A DNA stretch of 56,582 nucleotides, counting the filler, from Porpidia crustulata (Eukaryota), in the NCBI GenBank assembly GCA_964255105.1. It is 5 parts of 5 records of this genome, joined end to end, with 100 filler letters (N's around TTAATTAATTAA, not from the genome) between each part and the next. Parts side by side here need not be neighbours in the genome. Positions count along the whole stretch, not along the records: positions 22,687 to 33,921 come from CAXUWE010000682.1; positions 34,022 to 45,253 come from CAXUWE010000683.1; 3 more parts are not named here. One strand, written 5' to 3'. Positions 24,674 to 37,650 of the stretch are shown here, one piece after another. Numbering within the stretch: the stretch's first letter is position 1; each line of letters begins with the position of its first letter. The position numbers and the translations under genes are program-made. The notes under the pieces are model-generated. The model was given only the letters and a program-made list of their open reading frames with translations. It was not told where the DNA came from and ran no database searches.

Positions 24674-25114
24674 AGTGACGAGAGACAGTGCGGCAAGAAG
24701 ATAGAAATTGTGATACGGAAAGAGGAGCCAATTCTTGGTAGCGAAGAAATGGAGAGAGTAGAGAATAGCGGAATTGAGTACAAGCTGAGATTTTCACAGA
24801 CGGTAAAGGAATGTTGGACACGTCCGCCATGGTCTGTGAAAAGTATTAGCTTGGGCAACGTCGCTGAATCATTGCAAGGCCATTGAAGCAGTAAAAGCGA
24901 GAGCTGAATCAACACACAATGAGATCTATGGATAAGATTGGAATGGAACAAGGCTTTTCGAAGATAGATTCGGGGTTAGCGGCTTTATCGTGTTCATCCC
25001 ACTTCCCACCTTCATTTCTGAAAATCTAAGAATGCCTCTAAATCCTCCTCCACTAGTCCTCCTCACCACCAGATCCTCTCCAGATTATCCCAATCTATTT
25101 CAATTCGCTCTACA

Positions 25115-25593
25115 ATGGCAGAACCCCAACCACCCACCGTTCACGAGGGCATGGACGCCGAAGATGCTCCCCTTCCTACCAACCCCCAAGACCGTAAAGC
25201 CGCCGCTGCATTGTCCTCCCTCGACGCCCGCGGCGACGACGAACCGGTGTCAAAAAGTACAAATATCGACCAGGAAGCGCTGGGCAAGGCGATCAGTAGG
25301 CTGGAAATCATCTCGGGGAAGGGAAAGAGTGGGGATGAGGGTAAGGTGAAGGCGAAGGAGGTTGAGGAAAAGAAGAAGGCGGTGAAGGTCGACCAGACTG
25401 ATGTGATGTTGCTGGTAAGCCGTTGGTGATCTATGCCAGTGGGAAACGGATGCCAGAAGTGGAGTAACACTAATTCTGGTTGTCGCAGCATGATGAGCTG
25501 GATCTCAATAAAACCAAAGCTACTGAATTACTGAAAGCGCATGAAGGCGATGCAGTTAAGGCGATGAGAGCATTTGTGACTGCTGCCATTTGA
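25115..25593 (+). CDS. HYPK: HYPK-like protein with C-terminal UBA-like domain; exons 25115-25414 and 25489-25593
   Basis: MAEPQP..., DRKAAAALSSLD, VKVDQTDVMLL|HDELDLNKTKATELLKAHEGDAVKAMRAFV; GTAAGC..CTAAT..CAG intron. Confidence 0.85.
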
Positions 25594-26043
25594 ACGACTC
25601 TATGGTCTATGCCGCAGAACTGCTAGAACGTGGAAGGCAAAAGCCAATGCCGCCATTCCGAGAAAGGAAATCACAAGGCCACTGGGAAGCTTTCTAGGTG
25701 AAGGTATCCAGAAGCCAGAGCGATCAAACCCGCGACTCAACTCGATAAGCAATCGAAACAAAGTATTACCATAGCAAAAGGACTTAAAATTGAGTTTACC
25801 TGAAGCCTGATCTAAATGGAGGGCCAGCGATACTTCACGTCCTACCCAAGCTACGACGCATAAAATTCAAATTGCATTTATTGAAAGAATGTGTCCTCAT
25901 CAACTAAACTCCGCCAGCTCGTTACAAATCTAACCAATCCCCAGAATTCCTCCTACTCCCAGCATATCACGGAACAAATGTAAAGCTGAACCTAAATATC
26001 TGACTCCATGAAATCTCTCAATCAATTACGGGTCGCTTTTGCT

Positions 26044-29000
26044 CTACAGCCCATAGCTTACAGTGCGACTCAACGGACTCTGCACCTTGGACGTCCACTG
26101 CAAGCTCTTCCGTCTCGCCATCAGCAATCTTTGTCTGACCTTCTCATCCGGCTGCTCTTCAATCTTGCCACTAAGTGGAAAAAGCAATTGCTGTGTTTGC
26201 TTCGGCGGACAGGTCTGTTGTACTAGCTGAGCCCCCTTACTCAAATAGTATGGGGTCGTGGGGGAGCCCCAATCTGATTCATCTCCATCTTCGGCCATAT
26301 CGGTAGTCGCAAGAGGTGTCCTCGGAGCCTGCGGTTGGACCATGAATGATTCGCGTCGAGTGGCGGGAGTGCTGAAAGTAAGAAATTCCTTAGTTGGAGA
26401 CACTTCCGCTGGCGCCGCTTTGGCAGGTGTTTCTAGTTGAACAAGCCTCCCATTCATGTTTGCGAGTGTACGAGGTTCCATGGATTTGCGGCGACGATGG
26501 CCACCACGAGGGATTAATGAAGTATCAACAGCGTACGACGTTTCATTGAGCCATTTTCCTTCTTGTTCACAGCTAAATGCGTCAGCTCACATACCAGGAA
26601 ATCAGGCTCTTCTCAGCTTACTCAAGGACCCAACCAACGCCGACGCATACAACAGCCCCTTTGCTTTCATGAACCTTCTCTAGCGTCCGCTTTCCTCCGT
26701 CCTTGTACACCACATGCGTGATGCCAATCTTACTGCCTGGCGTGCTGCAATCCGAAACTTCGTTACCAGCCTCGGGATTCCCAGCTGTACTGGCTCGTGG
26801 GTTCCATAACCACTGCTTGACGCACCGCGCTCCCATTTGCGTCAAGAGCTCAACAAAGATTCCGCTCGCGTCTGCTCCCTCTGTGGTGTGCACATCGACG
26901 TAGACTACTGCACCCTTGAGAACGTCAGGAACAGTATTTATTCCTAATGGAGTACCGGCAATGGAGAAGCCACCAGTCTTAGGTGTCTGAGGGTTCTCAA
27001 TTGACGCCTCAAATGGCGTTTTGAAGCTCATTACCGGAGAAGGCCCTTGCTTTGTGCTTTCGAAGTTCATCAAACCCTGAGCCTTAGAAACTACGGTTCT
27101 GCTGTGACCGACGATTGGTTTATCTGGCGTTTCGACAACTGCCAAATGTCCAGCCAATGACTTGCTGCGCTTTCTTGGAACCTTACGTGGCGAGTCATCT
27201 CCTGCAGGCCGTAATGGCACCTTTGAGACGGTGTGGGTCTCTCGAGGCTGTTCACAAAATACTCTTGCTGGTGTACAGGTCAGGGTCTGATCTTCCACTC
27301 TCTCTCGAACATCTAGCAAGAGAGGATCGATAGGCACAGCGTTCTCATCGCCATACTCATCTGATGCTTGTGAGTCCTGGCTAGCATGGCCATCCATACA
27401 CTCCTGTGGATCAATAGTAGAATGTGGACTCCCAGGGCTCAATGAATCATGCATGGCCATCTGATCCTCAAAGAAGGAAGTCTTCTGTGGTGATTCCATC
27501 AACTCATGCTCAGGTTTATCAAAGATTGCTGCTCCTCTGGGTGATAGAAATCTGCAGCCCTGGCCGTTGTGGTTCGATGGAGTTTTCTTCTCTGGGCTCG
27601 AAGCTAGCCAAGAACTTAGCTGTAGGGCAAGCGGCGTAATTGAGACACTGTCCAATGGTGCACGAGGAGTGAGCGACGCATTCAGATTACCCTGGACTTG
27701 ATCTCCATTAGATGAGCTCTTACGTGTCTCTGTCTCTACCGAGACCGTGGTTGGTGTACCAAAATCCCTCGTGGACACTCCGAAATTTCTAAGTGGTGTG
27801 GGCTCATACGCCCTCTCGGGAGATGCTAGCTCATCCTCAGAGTCGGAATCTTCAGGAGTGTGTCTCAGCATGGAGAGGCTCGGGTCTAGAACTGAGACCG
27901 ACAAGATGGAGGGAGGCCCAGGAGGTGTAGTGCTCAAAGCATCGCCGGAGTCAGCTGCAGGCTTCTCCTCTGAGCCTGTGCAGTCCAGATTATCGCAACT
28001 CACAGATGGCTCATCGCAAACGTTGACCGTAATAGAAGATGGGGCTTTCGGCGTATGTGCATCATGCTCAAACGTCTCTCTATCTCGAGTAAGAATGGAT
28101 ATCGGGCTCGCCTTGCCGACTTGGTTGCCTTGCACTGGGAAAGTAATAGGTGTAGGAGCAGAGTTTCCTTGATCAATATCTGCTCCCTGTTCAGCTGCCG
28201 TTAGCTTGTGGACTTTGACGGGTTGTTCTGGGGATCTCGACGCTCGTAATGGACTGCTCGTTGCTGCCTGAGCTGATGGATCTGGAAGCTCGAATGTATT
28301 CACCTGCTTTGAGGCTGTGACAGCATCGATAACGGGTATAGACGGTCCTGACTTTCCAGGTGTTCGAGGAGCCGCCAGCTTCATTGGCGAGCCAACTAGT
28401 CGACGTGCAGGAGACTTAAACAATGAAGACTTTGTGGGCGATTGCGAATATAGGAGAGGTCGGTGGCTCAGAGCATCCCCGAGGTTCCCTCTACGTGCAC
28501 TCTCTCCGAACAGCACCCTAACGGGCGACTGCCTTGACTTTGGAGTCAGACGCATCATAGTATCACCAAGGTTCCCTTTCTTGGGAGAGTCCTTCAGAGC
28601 GTCTTTGAAGGGCGATGGAGGTGGGCGTCTCGCTGGGCTTGCAAGTACAGTGGTCGACACGTTCTGCGTAGGTGACACCGGCTCCGTGATCGATTGTAAA
28701 TCCAGCTTTGAAACATTTTGAAAAATGCCGTGGTTCGAACTCACGGGTGGCTTGACTGGTGATAGACTTAGACTTCTCATTGGTGTCTTTCCTCCGCAAA
28801 GCTCATCCTCAGAGCTGATAGAACTTGACTTTGCAACTTGCTTAATCTTTTTGGGCGATAGAGGATGTATACTGCTATCGTGAGCATCACCTTTGGCATT
28901 GCTTGTCGTGTCTCCTGCTTTCCTAGTGCGTGTTGTTACTCTGGCTGCCGCGGGCTTTCGAACAGGCCTGGCCTTGATACCAGTAACTGCGTCTGCTGGC

Positions 29001-29665
29001 TTTGAGATGCCTGTTTCAATCAATAAATTCTCTTTATCATTTCCCGGCTCAACCTGAAATTTGACTCTCTTCTTTCCCGCTGCGAGCTGTTTGATTGAAG
29101 TGGCGTTCACGGCTGCTGAAGTTGGACGTCCACGCGTTGTTCTCTTGACGGTCTCCTCCTTTAGGACTGGCTCGTTGACAGAGGCAGGAATCGATTCCAG
29201 TGTCTTAGCTGGTCTCCTGCCTCTTCCCCTTGGCTTGCTTGCTTCAGCTTTAGCTTCTCCGACTGGTGCACTTTTTGGTGGACGCCTTCGTGTCCTGGGT
29301 ACGGTTTCAGCTGGTTTCAAATATTCCTCGGCCGCCACCACGGTCTCTTCACTCTTCTTGACTTTACTGCCGGACTTGGTGGATTTGATAGTTGGTTGCT
29401 GCTCCGTTATCGACTGTTGGAGCGGTTTATCCTGTTCATCGTCTGCTCGGGTTTTGCGTTTGGCTGGCTTCGGGGGCTCAACGGCTTGTTTGTTCTCGGC
29501 AGAAACCTTCGCGGAGGCGGTCGTAATCTTTGTTATCTTGGGTTTCGTCCCCAAATCTGTCGTAGCTTTTGCGCGCGCGCGTGTCACACGCTTTGGTGGA
29601 GACTCTGGCATGTCCGCTGTCTTTTTTCTCTTCGCTGCCTGGGGCGTGGGCTTTGTGGCAACCAT
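26044..29665 (-). CDS. Large S/P-rich protein with C-terminal BRCT domain (microcephalin-like); exons 29665-26622 and 26572-26044
   Basis: LKGAVVYVDVHTTEGADASGIFVELLTQMGARC..W, ITHVVYKDGGKRTL, VGVGWVLDCE across a 49-nt intron, PRGGHRRRKSMEP, C-terminal ARRKSLQW..KV.SPL; many SP/TP sites. Confidence 0.88.
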
Positions 29666-30817
29666 GAGATTCTCACCTGCGCGTTATCTGTTTGTATCTC
29701 CGACAATTTGAGTTTGATATATTTGGGTAAGGATGTGGAAGGGATGTTTGAGGGTGTGAGGAATAAGTACTAGATGGTGGGGGATTCTTTGGATGTTGTT
29801 GTTTACTCAATAACAGTAGGTCCATAGCAACGGTAACGCTAACAAAAAACGCTAGCTCAACTATGGTTTAGTTGCTCTCCTAAATACGCTAGAGCAACTT
29901 CGAGACTTTCCCACCGTCGAACTCGACGTAATGATGTTCACGATGAGTCTACGCCTAGGCATAGACCGTGAACTGATAAAGCCGTTCTCGATTTCAAGTG
30001 TCCTTGTTACACTGAGGTACCACCTTCGTCAATCCTCACGGAAGTGCCTAGGTCGAGTGGATGCGAATACTCACTGGGCTGACAGAACGAGACCTGCTAG
30101 AATGACAGAACTTTGTCCATCGTCACTATAAAATAAGCTGATGCTAAAGACTGCCTGTGTAGCTTCCTTACAAGTTGACGGATATTGATAAATTTCTTTA
30201 TATTTTCCGACCATGAAGTACGACACGTCCATTTTACAATAGCAGTCTGGAAAGATCTATGCAAGCGTCTCCTTTTTCCATGGAGCGGCTTTGCTTTCTG
30301 CTTGGAAGAGCCAAACCTCCCATACTGTATCTTCGTATATGAGATCAAGATAATTGTGATGCGGAAGAATGTGACGGTGAAAGCGCACATCTGAGCAGCA
30401 GGTTGTAAATTGAAATGCAATCGAGGTATCACCGGCTTTGGTTATGGCCAGGAGGGAATTGCTGTGCTCATTCCCGACTCGATCTGCCACCGATCTATAC
30501 TTCATCTGATACGATGTGGTCCTCCTACCGTGGCCGCCTGAGGGCCAGTTGAGGTCCAGTTCAACTATCGATGAGACTGTTTTTTCACAGTCTTTCTTTA
30601 GTGTCTAGCATGTTCATCGTCAATGCACTTTCTCAGATTTTCCATTGTTATCAAAAGAATTTCTTCTTCATCCTTGTGCCATTTGCGTCGCCGCATTTGG
30701 ACCGTCCGACGCTTTGTTCCTCAGCCGCCAAAGCCAGACCGTAGATAGGGTGCGTTTCCTGGGACTTGTGCGCTTTGCCATGGTGTGCAGTAAATCGTTG
30801 AGAGTTACATACCTTGA

Positions 30818-31711
30818 ATGGCCGCCATAGCATCAACTCCACCCTACAGCGGCCCTGACTACGCGAGAGGCAACCAACTTTACAAAGTTCGAGCACAGAG
30901 AATTATTGCACGTAACAACATTAGCAAACAGCCTTGTACCGTTTGCGCTAGTAAAAATCACGCCTGCTATCGCGACGATGCTTTCAAAAAATGCGCGTAT
31001 TGTACGGCTCGAGAGATCACACAGCCGTACTGTCATTCGCCCGAGGAACCGGAACCTCCACGCAAAGAGCGTCGGAAAATGGATCGGCATGTTCTCACAT
31101 CCTATCTTGCTGAAAGTATACTGACGAAGCCAACAAGGTCTCCCTCCGCAGACCCCGAGGTAGAGTCTAACGCTGCCGCGATGCCAATGGAAAGTCAAGT
31201 AAAGGACGAGGAACTTCCAAACCCAGATCAAGTCCTCGATAGCTCAGACACAGAGATCACGCATCTGCAAGGTATTCCTGCAGCCCGCTTTGAGCAATTG
31301 CTGACGACAGTCAGCCAGTTGACCCAACGGGTGGACTTCTTGGAAAGCATTACCGTGTACGCCTCTGCCGATGCACACTTTAAACGGCCTTTGGCATCAC
31401 AGTCAACCAAAAAGCGGGGTCCTCCACGTCGACTCGATTCATCAATGTTGCACACACTGCCACAAGTTCCCTACGATCAGACCTTTCAAGCTTCTCCTTT
31501 CCCGCCGCAGACTTATCTGCCTCCGATGTCTCCTGAGCCGAATGACTTCTACGTGCCCTACACGGAGGCTGGCGAAGATGGGCCAGACGGGACTCCCCCA
31601 GAACATACAATCCGCCATACGTCCGCGTTCAGACCGATCAACTGTATTTGCAGTCGACCGCACACGCTTGAGAATTCGGGAATCCAATTTCCTCGGGATG
31701 GATCCGATTGA
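30818..31711 (+). CDS. Protein with Zn(II)2Cys6-like motif and short coiled coil; putative transcription factor
   Basis: C-x2-C-x6-C-x8-C-x2-C-x9-C at 30935-31033, basic RKERRK, heptad-like FEQLLTTVSQLTQRVDFLE; possible in-frame 51-nt GC-AG intron at 31087-31137. Confidence 0.6.
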   Translation: MAAIASTPPYSGPDYARGNQLYKVRAQRIIARNNISKQPCTVCASKNHACYRDDAFKKCAYCTAREITQPYCHSPEEPEPPRKERRKMDRHVLTSYLAESILTKPTRSPSADPEVESNAAAMPMESQVKDEELPNPDQVLDSSDTEITHLQGIPAARFEQLLTTVSQLTQRVDFLESITVYASADAHFKRPLASQSTKKRGPPRRLDSSMLHTLPQVPYDQTFQASPFPPQTYLPPMSPEPNDFYVPYTEAGEDGPDGTPPEHTIRHTSAFRPINCICSRPHTLENSGIQFPRDGSD

Positions 31712-32331
31712 CGTTTTGATTCACACAAGCGCTGAGGAGGTCTTGGTCACGTAATGGAGATTTCGACTTTTCGCGTGAAATGGGATACATAGCTGTGACC
31801 CCTATTCTGCCATTGGAGCCACGGCCTTGCTCTTAGTGCGGCGCTGTAGAGATCTAGCTTATCGTGTATAGAAACTCCACAATACCTTGCATAGACCACC
31901 ATGCCCGCTAGACCCGTGACTTTCAACCGCATCGTTTCCCAATCGAGCCCTACTCCCCATCAAGCAGTCCTTCTAAGCACACACACCGTAAACAACCCCA
32001 TCGCACTCCTTTCGAAGAACAAACTCATGCGTACCTTGCAGCATTAGGGCGTGTCGTGACCGGATTAGGTGCAGATTCCTACCTAGTCTAATTTACACGC
32101 TAAACCTTAAGCCAGGTTCTCTACAGTATGCTGATATGGGTTGAGTAACAGATATCTAGTCCAGTGAGAGATGATCCATAGCATTAGATTATTTGTGAAA
32201 CCATAGAGAGGTTATAGATACCGTGGCGAGAGGCTTTCGATCTTTTCAATCTTCCATGTTATGGAACAATCAATAGTGGCACTATCTCCGTCATTTCTGC
32301 GGGAAAGCGTATTGTCAGTTCTGCCTTCAAC

Positions 32332-33180
32332 ATGCCATCTGGAAAAAACCCTGCCAACCTCACACCGCCGGAGCCGGAAGCAGTGCGAGATGCCTGCCAG
32401 ATGCCGATGTTGAAGTACGCGCCATTGCCCACCGCATCATCCATTCGACTACTCGAGCTGTACGATACAGACCACGAAGGCCTCCTTGACTGCTCGCTGC
32501 ACACCGTCGACCCTGCAGATCAACCGGATTATCAAGCTCTCAGTTACCTTTGGGTTGATGCCTTTACGAAACCCAAAGGGTCCCAATGGTCCAGAGCAGT
32601 GGTGACGACTGAACCTCAATGGCCGATTCGGTGTGATTCCCAGCAGCTCTGGATACCTCGTAGCTTGTATGCGACTCTGAGACGTTGGCAGCCCTCGAAG
32701 CCAAACGAGGAACGGGATTCCGACCACGGAAAGACTGCCCTTCATCGGGCGGCGGAAGGTTCGGATAAGGACAAGGTCTGGGATCTTCTCGCGGAGGGGT
32801 ATGACCTCTCCATCCGAGACAAATATGGAGAGACTCCCTTGCACTATGCTGCAGAGAACGGATATTTGGATGTTGTGGAACTTTGCGTCCGTGCAGGCGC
32901 TGATATCAATCAGAAAGATCATAGCCAGAGAACTCCTATCGATTGCGCTCGGCAGAGACAGCGCGGACAGTACGGCGAAGTCGTGGCTTTTCTAACGGCT
33001 TGGGCTGATCCTGACAATCCAATTCATCACCAAAATGCAAGGATGGTTCCGAGCGGAAGACATCTGTTCTGGATAGATGTGCTCTGTATCGACCCGGACA
33101 ACATCGAAGAGTGTGATTCGAAAGTCCAGATACTGCCGCAGATATACAAGTCAGCTCGTAGGATCATCAGTTAGTAAGGA
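32332..33180 (+). pseudogene. HET-domain protein with 2-3 ankyrin repeats inserted inside the HET domain; truncated at the WLG motif
   Basis: Y.PL...IRLLEL, YQALSYLW, I..SLY.TLRR, then GKTALHRAA / GETPLHYAAENG...GADIN.KD...RTP, then FWIDVLCIDPDN.EE...VQILPQIYKSARRIIS followed by TAG TAA GGA where W-L-G is expected; no downstream HET continuation found. Confidence 0.8.
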
Positions 33181-33921
33181 ACGTAAACAAATTATGTTCA
33201 ACGGCTTTCGTTTTCTCCCGCTGCGATACCAAAACAATTTTTTGATATACATTGACAGATGCACTATACCTCTCCAAAGTCCCAAAGCGCATGCAATAGC
33301 ACTAGTACAATTACTCCACTCGCCGATGATTTGTATCGTCTAAGAGACCATAAGGCTCCTTAAATATCGATTATATTTAAGATGCTTAATGAGCCTAGTC
33401 GAAACTTCAATCTTTCTGTTCGAGACTGGCGACCGCGATCTCCTTGACCTAGCTACAATCACGCAGGCGCGCAAGTCATAGCCCGATTGGCTCATCAACA
33501 ACTGGCCGACAAATGAGGAAATATCCTGCTTAAGTACACAATTAATAAGAAGCACTCCTCTATCGTCCATTAGTGATCTACAAGCCTTTTCACAACGACT
33601 TCCACCGCTAGAGAGAATTTGACCTTCTCATACCCCAATGAAAAAGGGCATCGATCATCTTTGCCGTAGCAAGTTCTGCAATCTCATCATACTTGAAATA
33701 GAAAAAGGGTTCATGAACGCGATAGAGGGGAGTTCGTAGATACTTCCCCGATGAATAGGAGCTTGGGCGAATTTCTTGGTACGTTCTCACGGAAGCCAAA
33801 TGCGTATTTTGCCCAATAAGCCTTTGCGAAACTTTCGAAGCGTTTCCGAGTGTTGGAAGGTTTGACTAGACCTTCACAGCAGAAAACTTTCTCAAGCTAA
33901 AAATCTACACAAACTATATCC

Positions 33922-34021
33922 NNNNNNNNNNNNNNNNNNNNNNNNNNNNNNNNNNNNNNNNNNNNTTAATTAATTAANNNNNNNNNNNNNNNNNNNNNNN
34001 NNNNNNNNNNNNNNNNNNNNN
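33922..34021. other. Artificial contig spacer
   Basis: 44 N + TTAATTAATTAA + 44 N. Confidence 0.98.
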
Positions 34022-35866
34022 GATGGGTGGGGGGTGGGGGATTGGGATAGGGCATTTGATTTATGCATCACAGCAATACCCCGGAGCTCCTGTAGGTATG
34101 ATGAATGACGTTCCACATTGCAATCCGTCATTACGCCAATTTACTTGGCTCCCACGTTCCCAGCAGTTGGGGAAGAAGCCGGGGGACTTTGAGTCCTTGA
34201 CGGTGCTAGTGATATTTGGCTGGCAGGTGAGTATTTGAGAAAATGGTTGTCGCTGAATTGTCCTGATTGGCTGATGTCTGTGAATGTAGGCACGCACCCT
34301 TCCGTTCATCCTGATGCAGCTTAGTCATTTCTGACAGTCTGGGTGGCTTGTTTTAGCGTGACACTTCTACGAGGGCTCGATCGACCCAAAATGCGGGGAA
34401 TTACCGTAGTACGCAAAGTATCTCTTTGTACCCTGAGTGGAGTGAAGGGTCTGAAACCCTGTGGTTCTAATTAGTAACCGGAGTTCATACCGGTATCGAT
34501 GCCGATCACAAAGACCTTGGAAAACGTGAAGTCCTTTTCCATTGCCTTCATTTTCTAGTCTCTCTTTTCCACACCGTCTGTCGATCACCGTGTACTATTA
34601 TTACTACAGCTACTGTGAAGTGCTGCTGCAGCATCGAAGCTCACCGCCACGAACGTTCAATCGGTGAACCTCTCAATGGGGTAATAACTCGATCATCGTG
34701 CTATCTAATCTTTAATTCCGCTGTTGTTGCGATTATGCATAATGCGCGGAATATGCACATTGCTCAGTCAAAATTTCTCCGAAGCCGTGATCTTGGCAGT
34801 CCTGCAGCCAGTTGAAGATGGTGGTGTAGGATGCACAGCATATGCGTATTGCCGAATAGAATATTCTTCGAAGCTGTGGAGCTTCACGCCCTGCAGCCAA
34901 TTGAGTATGTCTCGAGGGGCACGGTAGTGCGGCAGGGCGGGATAGTCATCATCGCAACTACCTAAAACGTCGATACAGATTGGTCTCCCGGGCTGTGTAG
35001 CCGCGTTGTGCATGCAGATAAATGAGGCTTCTCGTCGTTGGAAGGAGTCTGCATCATACTCCTAATCAATCGGCAACAACCCCCTGATCAGGAGTATGCT
35101 CTGGAAGTCGTACAGTAGCTTCAGATCCCAACGACGCTTGCTGTTGCTGGACTGAGTTTTAATTCAGGCGTGTAACATCTCCTGGCTTCCCGTTTCACTG
35201 GATGAGGCACTGGGTAGTACAATAAAGTCGGCTATATTTGGAGCAGAATATATTGCACTCTATCATGTCAATCTCCACAGGAATCATCGATTGGCATGCA
35301 CGAGGTGTCATGACTGTTCCGTCCGCCTGCCTAGGATAGGTATGCAGGCTATTCCGATTTAGAAACCGCTGGCATTTAACTTTCTTGCTCAGATTGTCCA
35401 AGTGCGTAGCTATTTTGTGGGCTGTGGATTGAATATGCAACAAGCATTTCTCAACTCTCATTCTTCCCATCTTATTGATATCAATACGTAAGAGCATCCG
35501 TGGTCATGCCGTGACCACTGCCATATCTGCAAGCGGGAGTAGATTTTGAAGGGTCCTCCAATCGCATTTTGATGCTTTGATACCTCGACAGGCGATATGG
35601 TCACCATTAATTCTTCTATCGATACGAGGCTTGATCAAGTGGGCGTTACGCGCTCGTCCCCAAAGTATAGAATTGCAGCTGAGAAAGCCAATCCTTCCTG
35701 ACGCACTCCTTATTCGAAGATTTGCGTCCCCATCGTTGCTGACCACGGCGTATCTTTGTTGGAAAGACTTATTGTGTTATTTCTTGACCGTGTAGTTCTC
35801 ATGGACTAGATATCGAATACCATGAGAGTACTGGGTCTATTGACCGTTGGGCGCCCATCCCCTAGT

Positions 35867-37386
35867 TTATGATCGCTCCATTGCAGCTGCTAGATATTCT
35901 TGGACAATTGATGATCCTAGGAGCTTTGTTTTCTAATTTAAGATTAGCGGGTCGGTTGCCTAAGAGAACGGAAACGAATATCAGGATACTTTGCTATTGA
36001 ATTCTACACAAGCTTGACTCATCAATTCTTCTTCAAGTGTCCTCAATCTCCAGGCATTGGAGCTCTCTGTTGTCGTCTTTTCCGCCTCGATTGCTGGTCT
36101 TCGGAGTGTATCATTACTATCGTTGAGTGCCAGTAGTTGGTCTTCCAAGCGAGTTAGTAATGTCGCGATTGCTCGTAATTCGAATACATCACATAAAGCC
36201 TCCTTCTTGAGTATAGTCTCTAGTTCCGAAAGATCTGTGAGCTCCCGATCTTTCCAACCAACTTTCAAATCCCTCTTGCCATCGTTAGTTTGCAGGATTC
36301 TGAATATAAGCCCGTCCTCTTCATTTACACAAAGTAGCCACACAAAACACCCCTCCCAATGTATTACGTCGTTGTGTAGGTAAAGCCTGAAACCAGGGGC
36401 TGCTGTATTGATCGCCATCTTCGCTAATTTCAACGGATCGTCGTCGGGGATTTCAAGATCTAGAAATAGCTCTTTCGCAATTTTCATATTGCCTTCAATG
36501 AAACCATAAGAAAACAGCATTTCGCATGCGCCTTTAGAATCTCCATATGTAATAGTAATTTCCTCTCCAGCAGCAAAGGTTCTATCTTCTCGAAAAAGTA
36601 GAACTGCTTTCCCGTCCTCGTCGGTTTCATATATGGCCACAGTATCATCACCTGATGCATGATTTGCCATGTCAATACATGGAACCATTGCATGACCCGT
36701 ACCTGGTAGATCCAAGGCTCGCGATCTATACATTGCATCGACCTGTTTCCAGTCATCGAACGTCAAGGCTCCTTCTTTGTCATTCCACCAATGCCGCTGA
36801 CACCAGCTGATGGATGAACTGGCATCCCGAAGAAGGCTAAACTCACGGTCTAAGCTCTTCAGCTTGGCGTCTAACGCTGCTTCGAGCGAGGTCCCTACTA
36901 ACATAGCCCGGTCCTCGTCGTCCCAGATGGTTGGCAACGGGAAGCTGGATGGCAGAAGCTTGACATAGTCTGTCAATGGATTTGACACTCCGATGGTACC
37001 ATCAGTGGCACTATGTGTGATTTGAAGTAACAAAAATATCAAAATGGCTCCCCGAGCTGTCTGGCATAAATCAGTAAAATCTTGAATGTACAGATAAATT
37101 CTAGCAGCAAAAGAATATAAAGTACCCTTGCATACTCGCCAACAGCCTCAAGAACTTCCTTCAAATGCTCATCAGACTTGGCAGAGATCCATACGTTCTC
37201 GAGAGACAGGACCAAATCCGTTGGCACGGTTATCAGAATGGGACTACGATCATTCCTCTGCGCCCTTGTTACCAAGCCTGAGCCTCTGCTACCGGGCAGA
37301 GGAGTTACTTCAACTCCATTGAAATCGACCCCGTTCAGCTTTGCCCACATGGGAAGTGCTTGGACTGGTAACACCTCTCGACGCAT
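35867..37386 (-). CDS. SET-domain protein-lysine methyltransferase (Rkm/SETD3-like, probably non-histone); exons 37386-37126, 37060-35990, 35932-35867
   Basis: WAKLNGV, RGSGLV, VP.DLVLS, YRSRAL, MVPCIDMANHAS, GEEITITYG.K...EMLFSYGF; two canonical introns restore the frame. Confidence 0.9.
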
Positions 37387-37650
37387 CGTGTATATTCCGT
37401 ATGATCACATCTGTCGTTGTCTCATTGAAAGATCTCAATTAGCCCTTGCCCTAAATTCCGCCTATCTCCGGTGGAAGTACAGGGATTCGCTAGCCCATTG
37501 AGTGAAATGACCGCATCGATCTTGGAGTCGATTCTATAGTATAACTTGTGGTAGGTATGTAGTAGAACTTTATATCTACCTAACAATCATTCCCAATTGA
37601 CTATCCCCAATCCTAAAACCCAGACTTTCAACCCAACAACCACCCCGAAA

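Noticed and set aside
21246..29773. Long antisense ORFs (e.g. 21246-21953, 23381-23815, 29061-29711) and the alternative-frame ORF 23293-23859
   Set aside because: They shadow well-supported genes and reflect codon bias or low complexity; no independent motifs.
29931..30600. Short ORFs upstream of the BRCT gene as a gene or relic
   Set aside because: No recognisable motif or consistent splice structure.
5886..33180. Joining the C-terminal HET relic (5886-6320) and the HET-ankyrin N-terminal part (32332-33180) into one split gene
   Set aside because: Different unlinked contigs, each fragment has its own internal flanks, and HET genes are typically numerous in such genomes.
33300..33921. Continuation of the HET-ankyrin gene through a GTTAGT/GTAAGG intron
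   Set aside because: No WLG or WFxRxWxxQE motif found after candidate acceptors; frames are stop-rich.
34300..35800. Possible decayed HET/TOL-like gene on the minus strand (e.g. IFNWLQDCQDH)
   Set aside because: Only isolated short resemblances in different frames; not supportable without a search.
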